Made by a program: the position numbers and the translations under genes
NCBI GenBank assembly: GCA_963800405.1
Contig: CAWDBW010000071.1
Span: forward strand, 557 to 64,556
Direction: 5' to 3'
Source: an uncultured Acidobacteriota bacterium
Lineage (GTDB): Bacteria; Acidobacteriota; Terriglobia; Terriglobales; Acidobacteriaceae
DNA: 64,000 nucleotides
Notes under the pieces: generated by a model
The model's database searches: none
Told to the model about the DNA's origin: nothing
Seen by the model: the letters and a program-made list of their open reading frames with translations, nothing else
Part shown: piece after piece, positions 54,970 through 64,000 of the stretch
How the letters are laid out: every line of letters starts with the position of its first letter
Position numbering within the stretch: position 1 is the first letter of the stretch

Positions 54970-57900
54970 CTAGAACTGAAACTTAAGTCCGAACTGTATG
55001 ATGCGCGGCGGATTGGCCCCGGTCACCAGCCCGAAGGTCGAATCGGTAATGTCGCCATCGGGTAGCCCAAACTGCGCGTGGTTGAAGGCGTTGAAGAATT
55101 CCGCTCGGAATGCCACGTTCATACTTTCGGTGATCTTCGTAATTTTCTGCAAATTGATGTCCCAGTTGTTAAGTCCAGGTCCATGGAAGAAGAAGCGAGG
55201 GGAATTCCCCAGCTGACCCAGGGCTTCGTCAGAAAACAGGGAGGTGTTGAAGTACGGCTGCCTGGAGCGAGGATTGGTGAACCGCAGAGGACCCGGTGTG
55301 TAGTTTGGGGTGTCAATGGGAAGCTGGATCGGGCCCGATCCTGAGGTGCCCAATAGGGAATTGTCGTCGTTCTCCAGCATGAATACAGGTAGGCCGGTGG
55401 AGAAGTGAGTGACTCCGCTTACCGTCCAGCCATTCGTCAGCCGGTTCGACTTGAGCTTGTAAATCGGCAACTGGTAGTTATAGCTAATCACGAAATTGTG
55501 GGTCACATCAAAAGAGGAAAGCGCCCTCTGATTCGGGTCTTCGAAATTGATTCCCTCTCCGTAACCCGATGCATTGTCCATTGACTTGCTGTAGGTATAG
55601 CCAGCCAGAAACTCCATGTCATGCACCGAGTGGCGGAGGCTGATTTGCAGAGAGTTGTAGTCGGAATTCCCGATGGTCTTGAAATAAGCATCACTGGTGA
55701 AGGCGGGGCCGAATGGGGCACGCGTACCATTGATGGTGCCTCCTGTAATCGGGGAGTAAACTCCATTCTCCCCGTTTTGTCTGCAAACCACGCCATTCGT
55801 GACCTGACTTGGCTGGCTCACGCTCAAACATAGCGCCGGATTCCCCGGGTTGGCCTCCTCCGCTGAGAGTAGGTGGTGACCCTCAGTTCCCACGTAAGCT
55901 AATTTCAACAGGGTGGCGCGGCCAAACTGCCGGTCGAGGGCAAACTCGAACTCCTCGGCGTAGGGGTTAACATTCTTGTAATAGAAGCCGGGTGAGCTGC
56001 CGATGGGCTCTTCATTCGCCCAATTCACGGAAGTGTCTGGATTGCTGGCGGAAACATTGAAAGGCGGCGGCGGAGCTGGGAATCGCTGGCCCTCGTTGAA
56101 TCCGGTGCCCCGGTCGATGAAGGGATTGGCGAACTCCGGCGGCACAGGACTACCGTAGTAAAATCCGAAGGGTGCGTCCCCGATTTCGTTGTAATCGGTT
56201 CCTCCTTCAAAGGTAGTGTAGAACTTTCCAAAGCTGGCACGGACGCTGCTGTTCCCTGGACCACCGGTCAGCTTGCGCAGCAAGCCGCTCTCAAAACTCG
56301 GCGAATAGGCGATTCCGATTCGGGGCGCGAAATTGTCATACCGGATGGGTGCCAGTGTTTTCGGAATGCCGGGATCCCCGGGAAACACCCAGCCCGTGGG
56401 TGAGCCAGGGAAGACTTGCGACTGCAACCCCGGCACCAAGGTTTGGATCTCATTATGCTGCTCCCACCAGGGAGTGGCGATTTCATAACGCAAACCATAG
56501 TTAAGGGTAAGGTTCGGACGCACGCGCCAACTGTCCTGCCCGTATCCACCAAGGTAGAAATTGCGGCCATTCGATGGATAACCTTGCCCTTGTTGATACG
56601 AGGTGGGAGCACCGATGAGATAATCGGCAAAATCAATGCCGGTTTCGCTCCCAGAAAAAGTATAACTTCCGTTGGATCCTAAGTTCTTCCAGATCTGTTG
56701 GGTGTAACGAACATCTCCACCAAATTTCATGGTGTGTGTGCCCATCACCTTGCTGAAGTTATCCAATCCCTGGTATGTGTTCTGAAAAATGGGGGAGGGA
56801 GCGCCTGAGTTGCCCGTGCTGAAGTTATTGAAGTTAATTCCGGGCACGCCGGCATACGCCGGCTGCACTGGGACAATGCCGGTAAAACCCAGCCCTTCTA
56901 GGACGCTAGGACCGAGGTCGCCGCCCGTCGAAAAGTTCACCGTGTGGAGGCGGGTATAGGCGATGCGCGCCTCGTTCACTGCCGTGTTGCCCAGAGTCTT
57001 GGTAACACCGAAGTTGGCCACCTGCACTCGGCCGGTATTCTCGCCGGTGAAGGCGGGGGTAACGGGATTGCCAGCATCCGAAACATATTTATCGTAAAAG
57101 TAGTAAGCGGAAAGCAGGCCGATGCGGGTATTGCTGTCCACGCGAATGCTGAACTTGTTGTCCCGCAGATACAGGTTCGTATTCGAGGTTTGGAACTCTG
57201 GGACACCATTGATTGAAGTATTGGGCGCCGGAATGTACGGGAGGACGTTTATCGACGGCGTCGAAAACGCCGCACTGGGTATCACGGCATTGGGGAAGAC
57301 GCAGTTCGCCGAAGAGGTGCACCCGGCGGTGTAGTACGGTTCAAGAGGGCTCACCGGATACCCCAATGCGGTCGCAAGTTGTTGCGCCCAGTACGGGCCC
57401 TGGACCGTCCCTGTCATCTGGGAACTCAAAGCAGAGAAGTCGCCGGTACGCTCCGCGATGCTGGGAACCGCTATATCGCCGCCAGCTTGCCCGACTTGCC
57501 CGATCACCTTGCGGTTTCCCTGATAGTCTCCAAAGAAAAACAGCTTGTTATGCAGGATCGGGCCACCTAAGGTTCCACCGAACTGGTTTTGCTGAAAAGC
57601 GCCGAGTTTGCTACCCGGCAGATCGAAATAGTTGTGCGCATCCAAAACCGTATTGCGCAGGAATTCGAAGGCGTTACCGTGAAACTGATTCGTCCCCGCC
57701 TTGGTGATCACATTGATCTGACCGCCAGCGTAGTTACCGTACTCGGCGTCAAAGTTGTTGGTTATGATGCGGAACTCATCGATCGAGTCGAGGTTAGGAA
57801 TCACCGCGGTGCCATGGACGGCCGTTTCCTCGACGGTTGCTCCGTTCAACAGGAAGCCGTTCGAAGCTTCCCGCATGCCGTTGACGGAAAGATTGCCCGC

Positions 57901-58521
57901 GTTAAGATCGCCTGAGACCAGGTTGATGGCGAACCCAAGCGAGACGAACTGTCCGTTCGTACCTCCCGAGAGTCCGGAGGCTACCGGCGTGACTCCCGGC
58001 TGCAACGCCAGGAGGTCTGTGTAACTGCGGGTCACCAAAGGCACTTCGGTCATCTTCTGGCTGTCAATCACCTCCCCCATCTGAGTGCTGGTCGTTTCCA
58101 CGTGCACGGCGTTGCTGGTAACGGTGACATTCTCTACCACTTTTCCCACTTGCAGCGCGACGTCCACCCTTAGAGCAGCGTTCACGGTTAGGACGAGGCC
58201 AGCCTGGCGGTACGCCTTAAACCCGTTCTTATTGGCCTCGACGTCATACGTTCCCGCCGGGAGCGCCTGGAATGAATAGAATCCCTGCGTGTCGGTGGTG
58301 GTGGTCCACTGGATACCGGTCAGGGTGTTGTGGGCAACCAACTGCACTGCGGGGACGGTAGCTCCGCTGGAGTCGCGGACCACGCCGGAAATACTTCCGG
58401 TAACACCGCCCCATGCGAGTTGGCTGCCAATGAGGAACACAATAACGGCGAAAATGGTTGCCCACAACCAGTTGGCGGAAGAATTGCGAACGCGGCTGAC
58501 GCCCAGGGTAGCTGAATTCAT
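54970..58521 (-). CDS. TonB-dependent receptor-like outer-membrane protein with a CarboxypepD_reg-like N-terminal domain (paralog of 15494-18889)
   Basis: 1183 aa. GSISGVVRDSSGATVPAVQLVAHNTLTGIQWTTTTDTQGFYSFQALPAGTYDVEA. C-terminus ...RIIQFGLKFQF. Confidence 0.85.
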   Translation of the reverse strand: MNSATLGVSRVRNSSANWLWATIFAVIVFLIGSQLAWGGVTGSISGVVRDSSGATVPAVQLVAHNTLTGIQWTTTTDTQGFYSFQALPAGTYDVEANKNGFKAYRQAGLVLTVNAALRVDVALQVGKVVENVTVTSNAVHVETTSTQMGEVIDSQKMTEVPLVTRSYTDLLALQPGVTPVASGLSGGTNGQFVSLGFAINLVSGDLNAGNLSVNGMREASNGFLLNGATVEETAVHGTAVIPNLDSIDEFRIITNNFDAEYGNYAGGQINVITKAGTNQFHGNAFEFLRNTVLDAHNYFDLPGSKLGAFQQNQFGGTLGGPILHNKLFFFGDYQGNRKVIGQVGQAGGDIAVPSIAERTGDFSALSSQMTGTVQGPYWAQQLATALGYPVSPLEPYYTAGCTSSANCVFPNAVIPSAAFSTPSINVLPYIPAPNTSINGVPEFQTSNTNLYLRDNKFSIRVDSNTRIGLLSAYYFYDKYVSDAGNPVTPAFTGENTGRVQVANFGVTKTLGNTAVNEARIAYTRLHTVNFSTGGDLGPSVLEGLGFTGIVPVQPAYAGVPGINFNNFSTGNSGAPSPIFQNTYQGLDNFSKVMGTHTMKFGGDVRYTQQIWKNLGSNGSYTFSGSETGIDFADYLIGAPTSYQQGQGYPSNGRNFYLGGYGQDSWRVRPNLTLNYGLRYEIATPWWEQHNEIQTLVPGLQSQVFPGSPTGWVFPGDPGIPKTLAPIRYDNFAPRIGIAYSPSFESGLLRKLTGGPGNSSVRASFGKFYTTFEGGTDYNEIGDAPFGFYYGSPVPPEFANPFIDRGTGFNEGQRFPAPPPPFNVSASNPDTSVNWANEEPIGSSPGFYYKNVNPYAEEFEFALDRQFGRATLLKLAYVGTEGHHLLSAEEANPGNPALCLSVSQPSQVTNGVVCRQNGENGVYSPITGGTINGTRAPFGPAFTSDAYFKTIGNSDYNSLQISLRHSVHDMEFLAGYTYSKSMDNASGYGEGINFEDPNQRALSSFDVTHNFVISYNYQLPIYKLKSNRLTNGWTVSGVTHFSTGLPVFMLENDDNSLLGTSGSGPIQLPIDTPNYTPGPLRFTNPRSRQPYFNTSLFSDEALGQLGNSPRFFFHGPGLNNWDINLQKITKITESMNVAFRAEFFNAFNHAQFGLPDGDITDSTFGLVTGANPPRIIQFGLKFQF

Positions 58522-58600
58522 ACATCCTCCTCAGCGTTCGCGGAAACTCCTCCGTCGCGGACCCGCTTGAGATGACTGCCAATTTCTCAGATTTAGGTTC

Positions 58601-58674
58601 ATTTGTCAAAGCGTTTATATCCCCTCATTCTTGCTCAGAAATCAATATTTCGTTAATTTGTCAAAGCGTTTATA
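58601..58674. promoter_or_regulatory. Two copies of a 19-bp direct repeat ATTTGTCAAAGCGTTTATA spaced 55 bp apart, upstream of the second TonB receptor gene
   Basis: 58601-58619 and 58656-58674 are identical. They lie 80-150 nt upstream of ATG 58521. Confidence 0.35.
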
Positions 58675-58961
58675 CACTGCGCCCGTTTGCTGAAAATCAC
58701 TGTGCAGCAACGTTGGTTTTGTTGAAAATCGCTTTCATTGGGTACTGGTTCGAGCGCCGTGCAGCGGCGGGGTGAGATTCCCGGACCACAACTTGGGTGG
58801 CAGCGCTGGAAGCCCTCCGAGCGGGCGAAGCGATCACACCAGTGAGACGCCCCGTGCATAGATGGCTCTCACTTCTGGCACGAAACTCAGCCCCCATCAA
58901 ATTCACCCGGTGCGGTCGGCATGGGCGAGCGGCACGGCCGCCAGCGGCATCGCCGGCGCAG

Positions 58962-60431
58962 TTAGTCTTTCAGTGTTGCCACCGAAACCGAGAATGGCCG
59001 CAAGCGGATTCGCAACTCTCTCACATCCTGGTTCACCACATCGGGCGACTCGCCACCAATGGTCTGCAGCATCGCCCCTGCACACTCCTTCGGCAGCTCC
59101 ACCACGATTTCGCGATTCCGCTGGTTGATCAATAGCAGTTTTCGCTGGCCGCCGGGCTGGCTGCTGGTCTGATTGGTGATGAAAGCCTGCGCTGCAATGG
59201 CCTCGGCGTCGGCCGGAAAATCATTGTTCTTCATCTCGGTCTCGGCTAGCTCGTCGCCGGGCCCAAAATTGTTTTTCAGCAACTCGAGAACGGTCAGCCG
59301 CGCGTTGGGTTTGCCAGTAGTCCAATTCAGCATGCTCACACTCGGAAACTGGCTAGGATAGCCCACCAGCTGCGATTCGCCCACCGCATCCACGCCCAGC
59401 TGGGCCAACTGGATGTAGTCGTAGGCGTACAACGCCCCGCTCAGGTTCCAGTACGCCGGCGGAATCGGCTTCTCCACGTGATTGGGCTCGCCTTGAAACA
59501 TGTCGCCGTTAAGGATCGAGCCGGCTTCGTTAATCATCACCTTGGTCGAGGGCGACAACCGGTCTCGTATACGCAAGATGTACCGGGTCGCGGCCAGAAA
59601 CTCGTTCGCCCGGTCAAAAAACGTGTACTGCCATTGATCCATGGTCTGGTCGGCGCTGGGCGTCGCGTACACATGGAAAGAAATGTAATCCAGCGGGATC
59701 CCCGGCTTGTGGTTCTTGGGATCCAGAAAATATTCAAACATGTGATCCCCGCCCTCGGGATACGACAAAGCCAGCGCCACAAACTTCATCTGCGGAGCGA
59801 CCTTGCGCACGGCCTCGACAATCGCGTCGTAACGTTCCACATACTGCGCCGGGGTCGGTTCGTGCTCGCCGTCGACTTCGTTGAAGAATTCCGCATAACG
59901 CATGTCGTAGTGGTGCCCCGACGCATGAAACTTTCCCAGCTCGTCGGTGAAGCCGCCTTGCGTGTACCAGCTCACCAGGCGCGCGTAGTAGTCGGCCAGC
60001 GCCTGCACATCGTGCAGTTCCTTGCCCTGCGAATAGTTCCACATGACCTGGTTAGGATCGTCGGGATACACCACCGGCTGCGGCGTGGTGAACATCCACT
60101 GCGGAGCCGTGCTGAAGCTCCACACGATCGGATGTCCGTTGCTGGCCGCCTGAAAATCCTCGACCAGCGGGTCCATATATTGGAAGTCCCAGTAGGTCTG
60201 GTTCTGATCAGGAGGCCGCAACTCGGCCACCGCCAGCTTAGGATAAGGGTACCAGAAGGCATAGCGCACATAGTCGCACCCCAGCCCGCGCAGCGCCGCA
60301 AACGCCGCATCGTGGATCGGCGACCCCCGCCGCAGCATCGGATTCACCACCGCCTGCAGCGTCGGCGTCGTGTGATTCGGATTTTTCTTGCTCCAGTTCA
60401 CTACCACCGACAGGCGGCGCGCCCTGCGCAA
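58962..60431 (-). CDS. Clan GH-A (GH39-like) glycoside hydrolase, catalytic part. The signal peptide lies in another frame upstream (60425-60564)
   Basis: ...DYVRYAFWYPYPK...YAEFFNEVDGEHEP (NE acid/base-like)...VMINEAGS. See the frameshift finding. Confidence 0.55.
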   Translation of the reverse strand: MRRARRLSVVVNWSKKNPNHTTPTLQAVVNPMLRRGSPIHDAAFAALRGLGCDYVRYAFWYPYPKLAVAELRPPDQNQTYWDFQYMDPLVEDFQAASNGHPIVWSFSTAPQWMFTTPQPVVYPDDPNQVMWNYSQGKELHDVQALADYYARLVSWYTQGGFTDELGKFHASGHHYDMRYAEFFNEVDGEHEPTPAQYVERYDAIVEAVRKVAPQMKFVALALSYPEGGDHMFEYFLDPKNHKPGIPLDYISFHVYATPSADQTMDQWQYTFFDRANEFLAATRYILRIRDRLSPSTKVMINEAGSILNGDMFQGEPNHVEKPIPPAYWNLSGALYAYDYIQLAQLGVDAVGESQLVGYPSQFPSVSMLNWTTGKPNARLTVLELLKNNFGPGDELAETEMKNNDFPADAEAIAAQAFITNQTSSQPGGQRKLLLINQRNREIVVELPKECAGAMLQTIGGESPDVVNQDVRELRIRLRPFSVSVATLKD

Positions 60432-61176
60432 GAAGACGGCCGCCGCACATCGCCAGCAGCGCGAGCATCAGCATAAGCAAGGCTCGAAGGCTTCGATTGA
60501 TCCCTGCCGGCTTGCAGATTACTTTCACGGTCTTCACGACCGCCATGTTAGGGATCGAGCTCATAAGAGTCAATCACGGGATGGGTATATATGTATACGA
60601 TGTACAGATGTACACACCCCTGATTGACCGTGTCCCGTATCGCTGCTCGGGCTCATCTCTGGCATAGCTCAAGCACTCTCAACAGCTCAGCTTACGTCTG
60701 TCCGAATCAGGTACTAGCGGGCGGATCTTGTTTTGCTTGTCGCGGACGTGCGGGTTTCCTGCGTCGCGTTCCTCGCTGATATTCCTCGTATGAGCGTCCC
60801 GTTCCGAAACTGTAACAAGGCGTGGGACGCGAGATCGTTGAACCAAACATTGCTGTTGCTTAAACCAGAGAACTCATCGCTATTGCACAAGTGGAACACT
60901 TTCATTGCCTTGCAGGCGTTCTGATATCGACCAGAGCGTACCGCCATTTCCGGGTTTCGTAACGAATCGTCGGTAGAGCTAGTCCGGCTGCTATTGGTGT
61001 GTTACAACCTTCGGTCGTTTTTGTGGGAAGAATGCACTGCACCGTTCTCGCCTCCATCACTTGCCCTTTGGTAGATGCTCCGTCATCGATTGGGTCCTGG
61101 CCAACTGGTCCTGGCAAAATCGGAAGTACTGGACTCGGATTGAACTGTTCGCAACGAAGAGGTTAGAGGAGACTGT

Positions 61177-64000
61177 ATGGACCGCCTATTCGGGATACCC
61201 CGCGTACGCCTTTCGTGTATAGCCTTTTTGGGTCTACTGGCGGCTTCCGCCGCACAGGCACAAATCATAAGCCTCGACGACACAACCTCGCCCCCGATCC
61301 CAGGTGTGGGCCACGACTACATCAGGACATTATCCGATACGGTCAATCCAGCCAACGGATCCGTAAGCGTCAATATCAGACTGCCGTTGCCGAACGGACG
61401 CGGAATTTCGCTTCCGTTCTCGATTATCTATAACTCGAATCCTGTTTATCACGTCATAGCCAACCCAGGGAACGGTTTCGGTGAGGTCGTGGATAACCTC
61501 GGCTATGCAGCCGGAGGTGGCTGGGCATATTCAGTGCCAACGATGAACTATTCTTCCTGGTCGGTCAACGATCCCACCCACAAGTTGATTTGTTCCTATG
61601 CAACGAATTACATGTTTCAGGACCCTGGCGGAGGACAGCACCAACTTGGCTTAGGAAGCATGCAATCACTCGCAGGACCCGGCTGCAAGTTCTCGGGACT
61701 CGAATACCCTAATGGCGGGGACAGTCAAGTTCTGTCAACGCTCACGGATGGTCTCGTCGTCACTGACATCCATGGAACAACCTACGATTTTTTCCATTCG
61801 CCCAGCACGCTCCCTCTGCCCAGTCTCATCACAGACCGCAACGGAAATCAGATCAGCCTTACCAACTCGGGAAGCGGCCAATTTACGGTCAAAGATACTT
61901 TGGGGCGAACCCTGGTCTCATCCACAGGTTTTGGACCAGCCGGACAAACCAAGACGATTTCGACACCCCAAGGGAACTATCAAATTACATGGGAAAGTGT
62001 TGCCTCGAACTTCAATCTCCCGAACTCGAAGGTCACGAGTCTCAGCGATAGCACCTGCGTCTTCCCGACCCCACAGAGGTCGGTTACTGTCATTTCGAGC
62101 ATTACGCTTCCAAACCTAAAGCAGTATCAATTTCATTACGATCCGACCTACGGTTTGCTCGATGAGATAGACTACCCGACCGGTGGTTGGGTTAAGTATT
62201 CGTACACAACCAATGTTCCACTGTTCGAGCTGGCTGTATTCACGGCGCCGAACGGTGGCGGCTGTGTGTACCAATATGCGATACCAGTGGTGGCGACGCG
62301 ACAGGTCAGCTTCACCGGAAGTGCGACAAACCTGACCCAAGCTTTCAGTTTAACGAACACCTGGTCTTCTGATGATGAAACGTGGACAGCCCGGACCGCA
62401 ACTGTCACAACGACCGATCCGATTTTGGGTAGTGCACAGACCTCTTACAGCTACGCACCACACAGAGAACCAAACCAGCCATATTCGCCGGCCTGGCCCA
62501 ACAATATTCCTGTGGAATCAGAGATTCAATACTATGATTGGAACAACAACTCGACTCCCCTCGAGACCGTCACGAAGGGATGGTACGACCAGTACCTCTT
62601 GGAGTGCCAATTCGAAACACTCAACGATGGTTCGGCCTCGGGAGGCTTTTACAATTATTCGTATGGCCAGGTGTCAGATCATCTGGAGTTTGACTTCGGT
62701 CAGATTACGTCTCCTTCAAGCGTTTGTTACAACAATGCTGCGTGGCCTACGTCTCCAAGAGCCGCCCGTGAGACCGTTACGACGTTCCAGAGCTTCGCTG
62801 GTCCATTCTATGTCACTCTCGGACTGGGATTCGGGAGGCCTTCGTCGGTCGTCGTAAAGGATAGCAGTGGGAACCCAGCGGCGGAGACAGACTATTCTTA
62901 CGATGGCAGTTCAGTATCGCAGGTTACCGCCGTGCAGCACGACGATACTGACTACGGCACGAGCTTCAACTTCCGAGGTAATCGCACAAACGTCACTCGG
63001 AAATGTACGGGATGCACTAACGCTCTCACGACTTACACCTACGACATGACGGGGCAAGTCCTAAGTAAGACGGACCCTTGTGGCAACACAACCTGTGGCG
63101 ATATTACGAATGGCACAAGCTTTACTACCTCTTACTCGTACACCGACAGCTATTCTATTGGTACGCCGCCAGGCAGCACGAACGCATATGTGACTACTGT
63201 CACGCTGCCGACTGTCAATGGCGTAACCGCACATGAATACTACAAATATCGCTACGACGACGGTCAACTCACCTTTTCTCAAGATCAAAACCAGCACAAT
63301 GCCGGTGGAACCGTCGGCACGAGCTATACTTTCAATGATTCTCTCCACCGCTTAACTCAGGCGAACTACCCGGATGGAGGTCAGACATCATATGCGTACA
63401 ATGATTCGGCTTACAATCCATCCACACCATCACCGAGCGTAACCACCACAACGGAAATCACTTCGACGCTCAACGAACAAACCGTTGGTGCCCCGGATGG
63501 GCTTGGGCATCTAGTGGAGACAATTCTCAGTACCGATCCTGACGGCGCGACTTACACAAACACTCTGTACTACGGCACTGGAAAGGTCTACAAGCAGTAC
63601 AATCCGTATCGTAGCAGCAGTGATCCGACCTACGGGGTCACCAGCTACGTATACGACGGCCTCGGGCGCTTGTGTCTGGTCGTTCCGCCTGATGTCGGTT
63701 CTGTTCCGACCAGTTGCCCAGCATCACATCCAGCAGGAGCCAAGTGGACGACATATTCCGGTCCCTGTACTTCGGTCACTGACGAAGCAGGCAACTCGCG
63801 GAAGTCCTGCGTCGACGGATTGGGACGCTTGACAGGAGTCTGGGAAGATCCATCAGGTCGGAACTACGAGACTGACTATACATACGATGCCCTCGGTAAC
63901 CTTCTCAACGTGACCCAGAAGGGGGGAGCATCTTCTGGAAGTTGGCGGATTCGGTCGTTCCAATACGATTCACTGTCGCGACTGACAAGTGCAACCAATC
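61177..64000 (+). CDS. RHS/YD-repeat protein, N-terminal ~940 aa (continues beyond the window)
   Basis: ATG 61177 with GAGGAG upstream. Signal peptide MDRLFGIPRVRLSCIAFLGLLAASAAQAQ. The frame is open to 64000. YD repeats YTYDMTGQVLSKTD, YVYDGLGRLCLV, YTYDALGNLLNV, FQYDSLSRLTSATN. Confidence 0.85.
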   Translation, partial: MDRLFGIPRVRLSCIAFLGLLAASAAQAQIISLDDTTSPPIPGVGHDYIRTLSDTVNPANGSVSVNIRLPLPNGRGISLPFSIIYNSNPVYHVIANPGNGFGEVVDNLGYAAGGGWAYSVPTMNYSSWSVNDPTHKLICSYATNYMFQDPGGGQHQLGLGSMQSLAGPGCKFSGLEYPNGGDSQVLSTLTDGLVVTDIHGTTYDFFHSPSTLPLPSLITDRNGNQISLTNSGSGQFTVKDTLGRTLVSSTGFGPAGQTKTISTPQGNYQITWESVASNFNLPNSKVTSLSDSTCVFPTPQRSVTVISSITLPNLKQYQFHYDPTYGLLDEIDYPTGGWVKYSYTTNVPLFELAVFTAPNGGGCVYQYAIPVVATRQVSFTGSATNLTQAFSLTNTWSSDDETWTARTATVTTTDPILGSAQTSYSYAPHREPNQPYSPAWPNNIPVESEIQYYDWNNNSTPLETVTKGWYDQYLLECQFETLNDGSASGGFYNYSYGQVSDHLEFDFGQITSPSSVCYNNAAWPTSPRAARETVTTFQSFAGPFYVTLGLGFGRPSSVVVKDSSGNPAAETDYSYDGSSVSQVTAVQHDDTDYGTSFNFRGNRTNVTRKCTGCTNALTTYTYDMTGQVLSKTDPCGNTTCGDITNGTSFTTSYSYTDSYSIGTPPGSTNAYVTTVTLPTVNGVTAHEYYKYRYDDGQLTFSQDQNQHNAGGTVGTSYTFNDSLHRLTQANYPDGGQTSYAYNDSAYNPSTPSPSVTTTTEITSTLNEQTVGAPDGLGHLVETILSTDPDGATYTNTLYYGTGKVYKQYNPYRSSSDPTYGVTSYVYDGLGRLCLVVPPDVGSVPTSCPASHPAGAKWTTYSGPCTSVTDEAGNSRKSCVDGLGRLTGVWEDPSGRNYETDYTYDALGNLLNVTQKGGASSGSWRIRSFQYDSLSRLTSATN

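Noticed and set aside
59478-60476. 332-aa plus-strand ORF opposite the GH39-like gene, and 26035-26931 opposite the GH29-like gene
   Set aside because: Shadow ORFs, for the same reasoning as above.
61083-63348. Minus-strand ORFs (61083-61283, 62116-62408, 63061-63348) and short plus-strand ORFs within the RHS region
   Set aside because: They lie inside the uninterrupted RHS reading frame (frame of 61177). That frame has clear YD repeats and is missing from the ORF track only because it has no stop inside the window.
1-64000. CRISPR arrays
   Set aside because: No repeat-spacer architecture was found. The tandem repeats present (15-nt coding repeats at 20697-20755 and 20459-20503, the 165-nt RNA units) have no unique spacers of CRISPR size.

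Overview
High-GC chromosomal window. The lineage looks like Acidobacteriota, inferred only from CarboxypepD_reg-type TonB receptors, a CadC-like wHTH+TPR regulator, GloVer-repeat proteins and TGTCATCCTGAGCG palindromic repeats; no taxonomic marker is present. No alignment, RNA folding, GC calculation or database search was run, so family names are recognised by eye from motifs.

Layout:
- 1-30.8 kb: housekeeping and glycan-utilisation genes. These are a MerR/TPR regulator, ABC-F ATPase, GH20 hexosaminidase, ParE-type TA pair, pntAA-pntAB-pntB transhydrogenase, ROK kinase, Tat-exported Gfo/Idh/MocA oxidoreductase and xylose-isomerase-like TIM barrel, GH29 fucosidase, TonB-dependent receptor, APC permease, AhpD/CMD-family gene, glgC, response regulator and several secreted glycosidase-like proteins.
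- 30,843-47,341: a 16.5-kb element integrated into tRNA-Thr(CGU), bounded by a perfect 45-bp direct repeat. It carries integrase, excisionase-like HTH, a P-loop replication protein, RHH regulators, an HNH endonuclease and a P27-type small terminase. I see no recognisable large terminase, portal or capsid gene, so it looks like a phage satellite or a defective prophage.
- attL end of the element: an accessory module built around a PD-(D/E)xK nuclease-like gene, bracketed by 56-bp direct repeats.
- 47.4-60.6 kb: a second glycan locus with a GH140-like protein, a YncE-propeller/phosphoesterase fusion, a GH38-like DUF5054 protein, a second TonB receptor and a GH-A glycosidase.
- 61,177 to the window end: the start of an RHS/YD-repeat protein.

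Most notable observations:
1. An in-frame UGA sits exactly at the CxxC redox Cys of the AhpD-family gene, with a downstream hairpin. This is a candidate selenoprotein.
2. The satellite-like island and its nuclease-centred accessory cassette.
3. A tandemly duplicated ~135-nt structured-RNA candidate. Each copy has its own intrinsic terminator, and the pair lies between the fucosidase and the Tat-exported oxidoreductase genes.
4. A nested palindromic repeat family, one copy of which splits the pnt operon.
5. Four single-nucleotide frame disruptions that need checking against reads.
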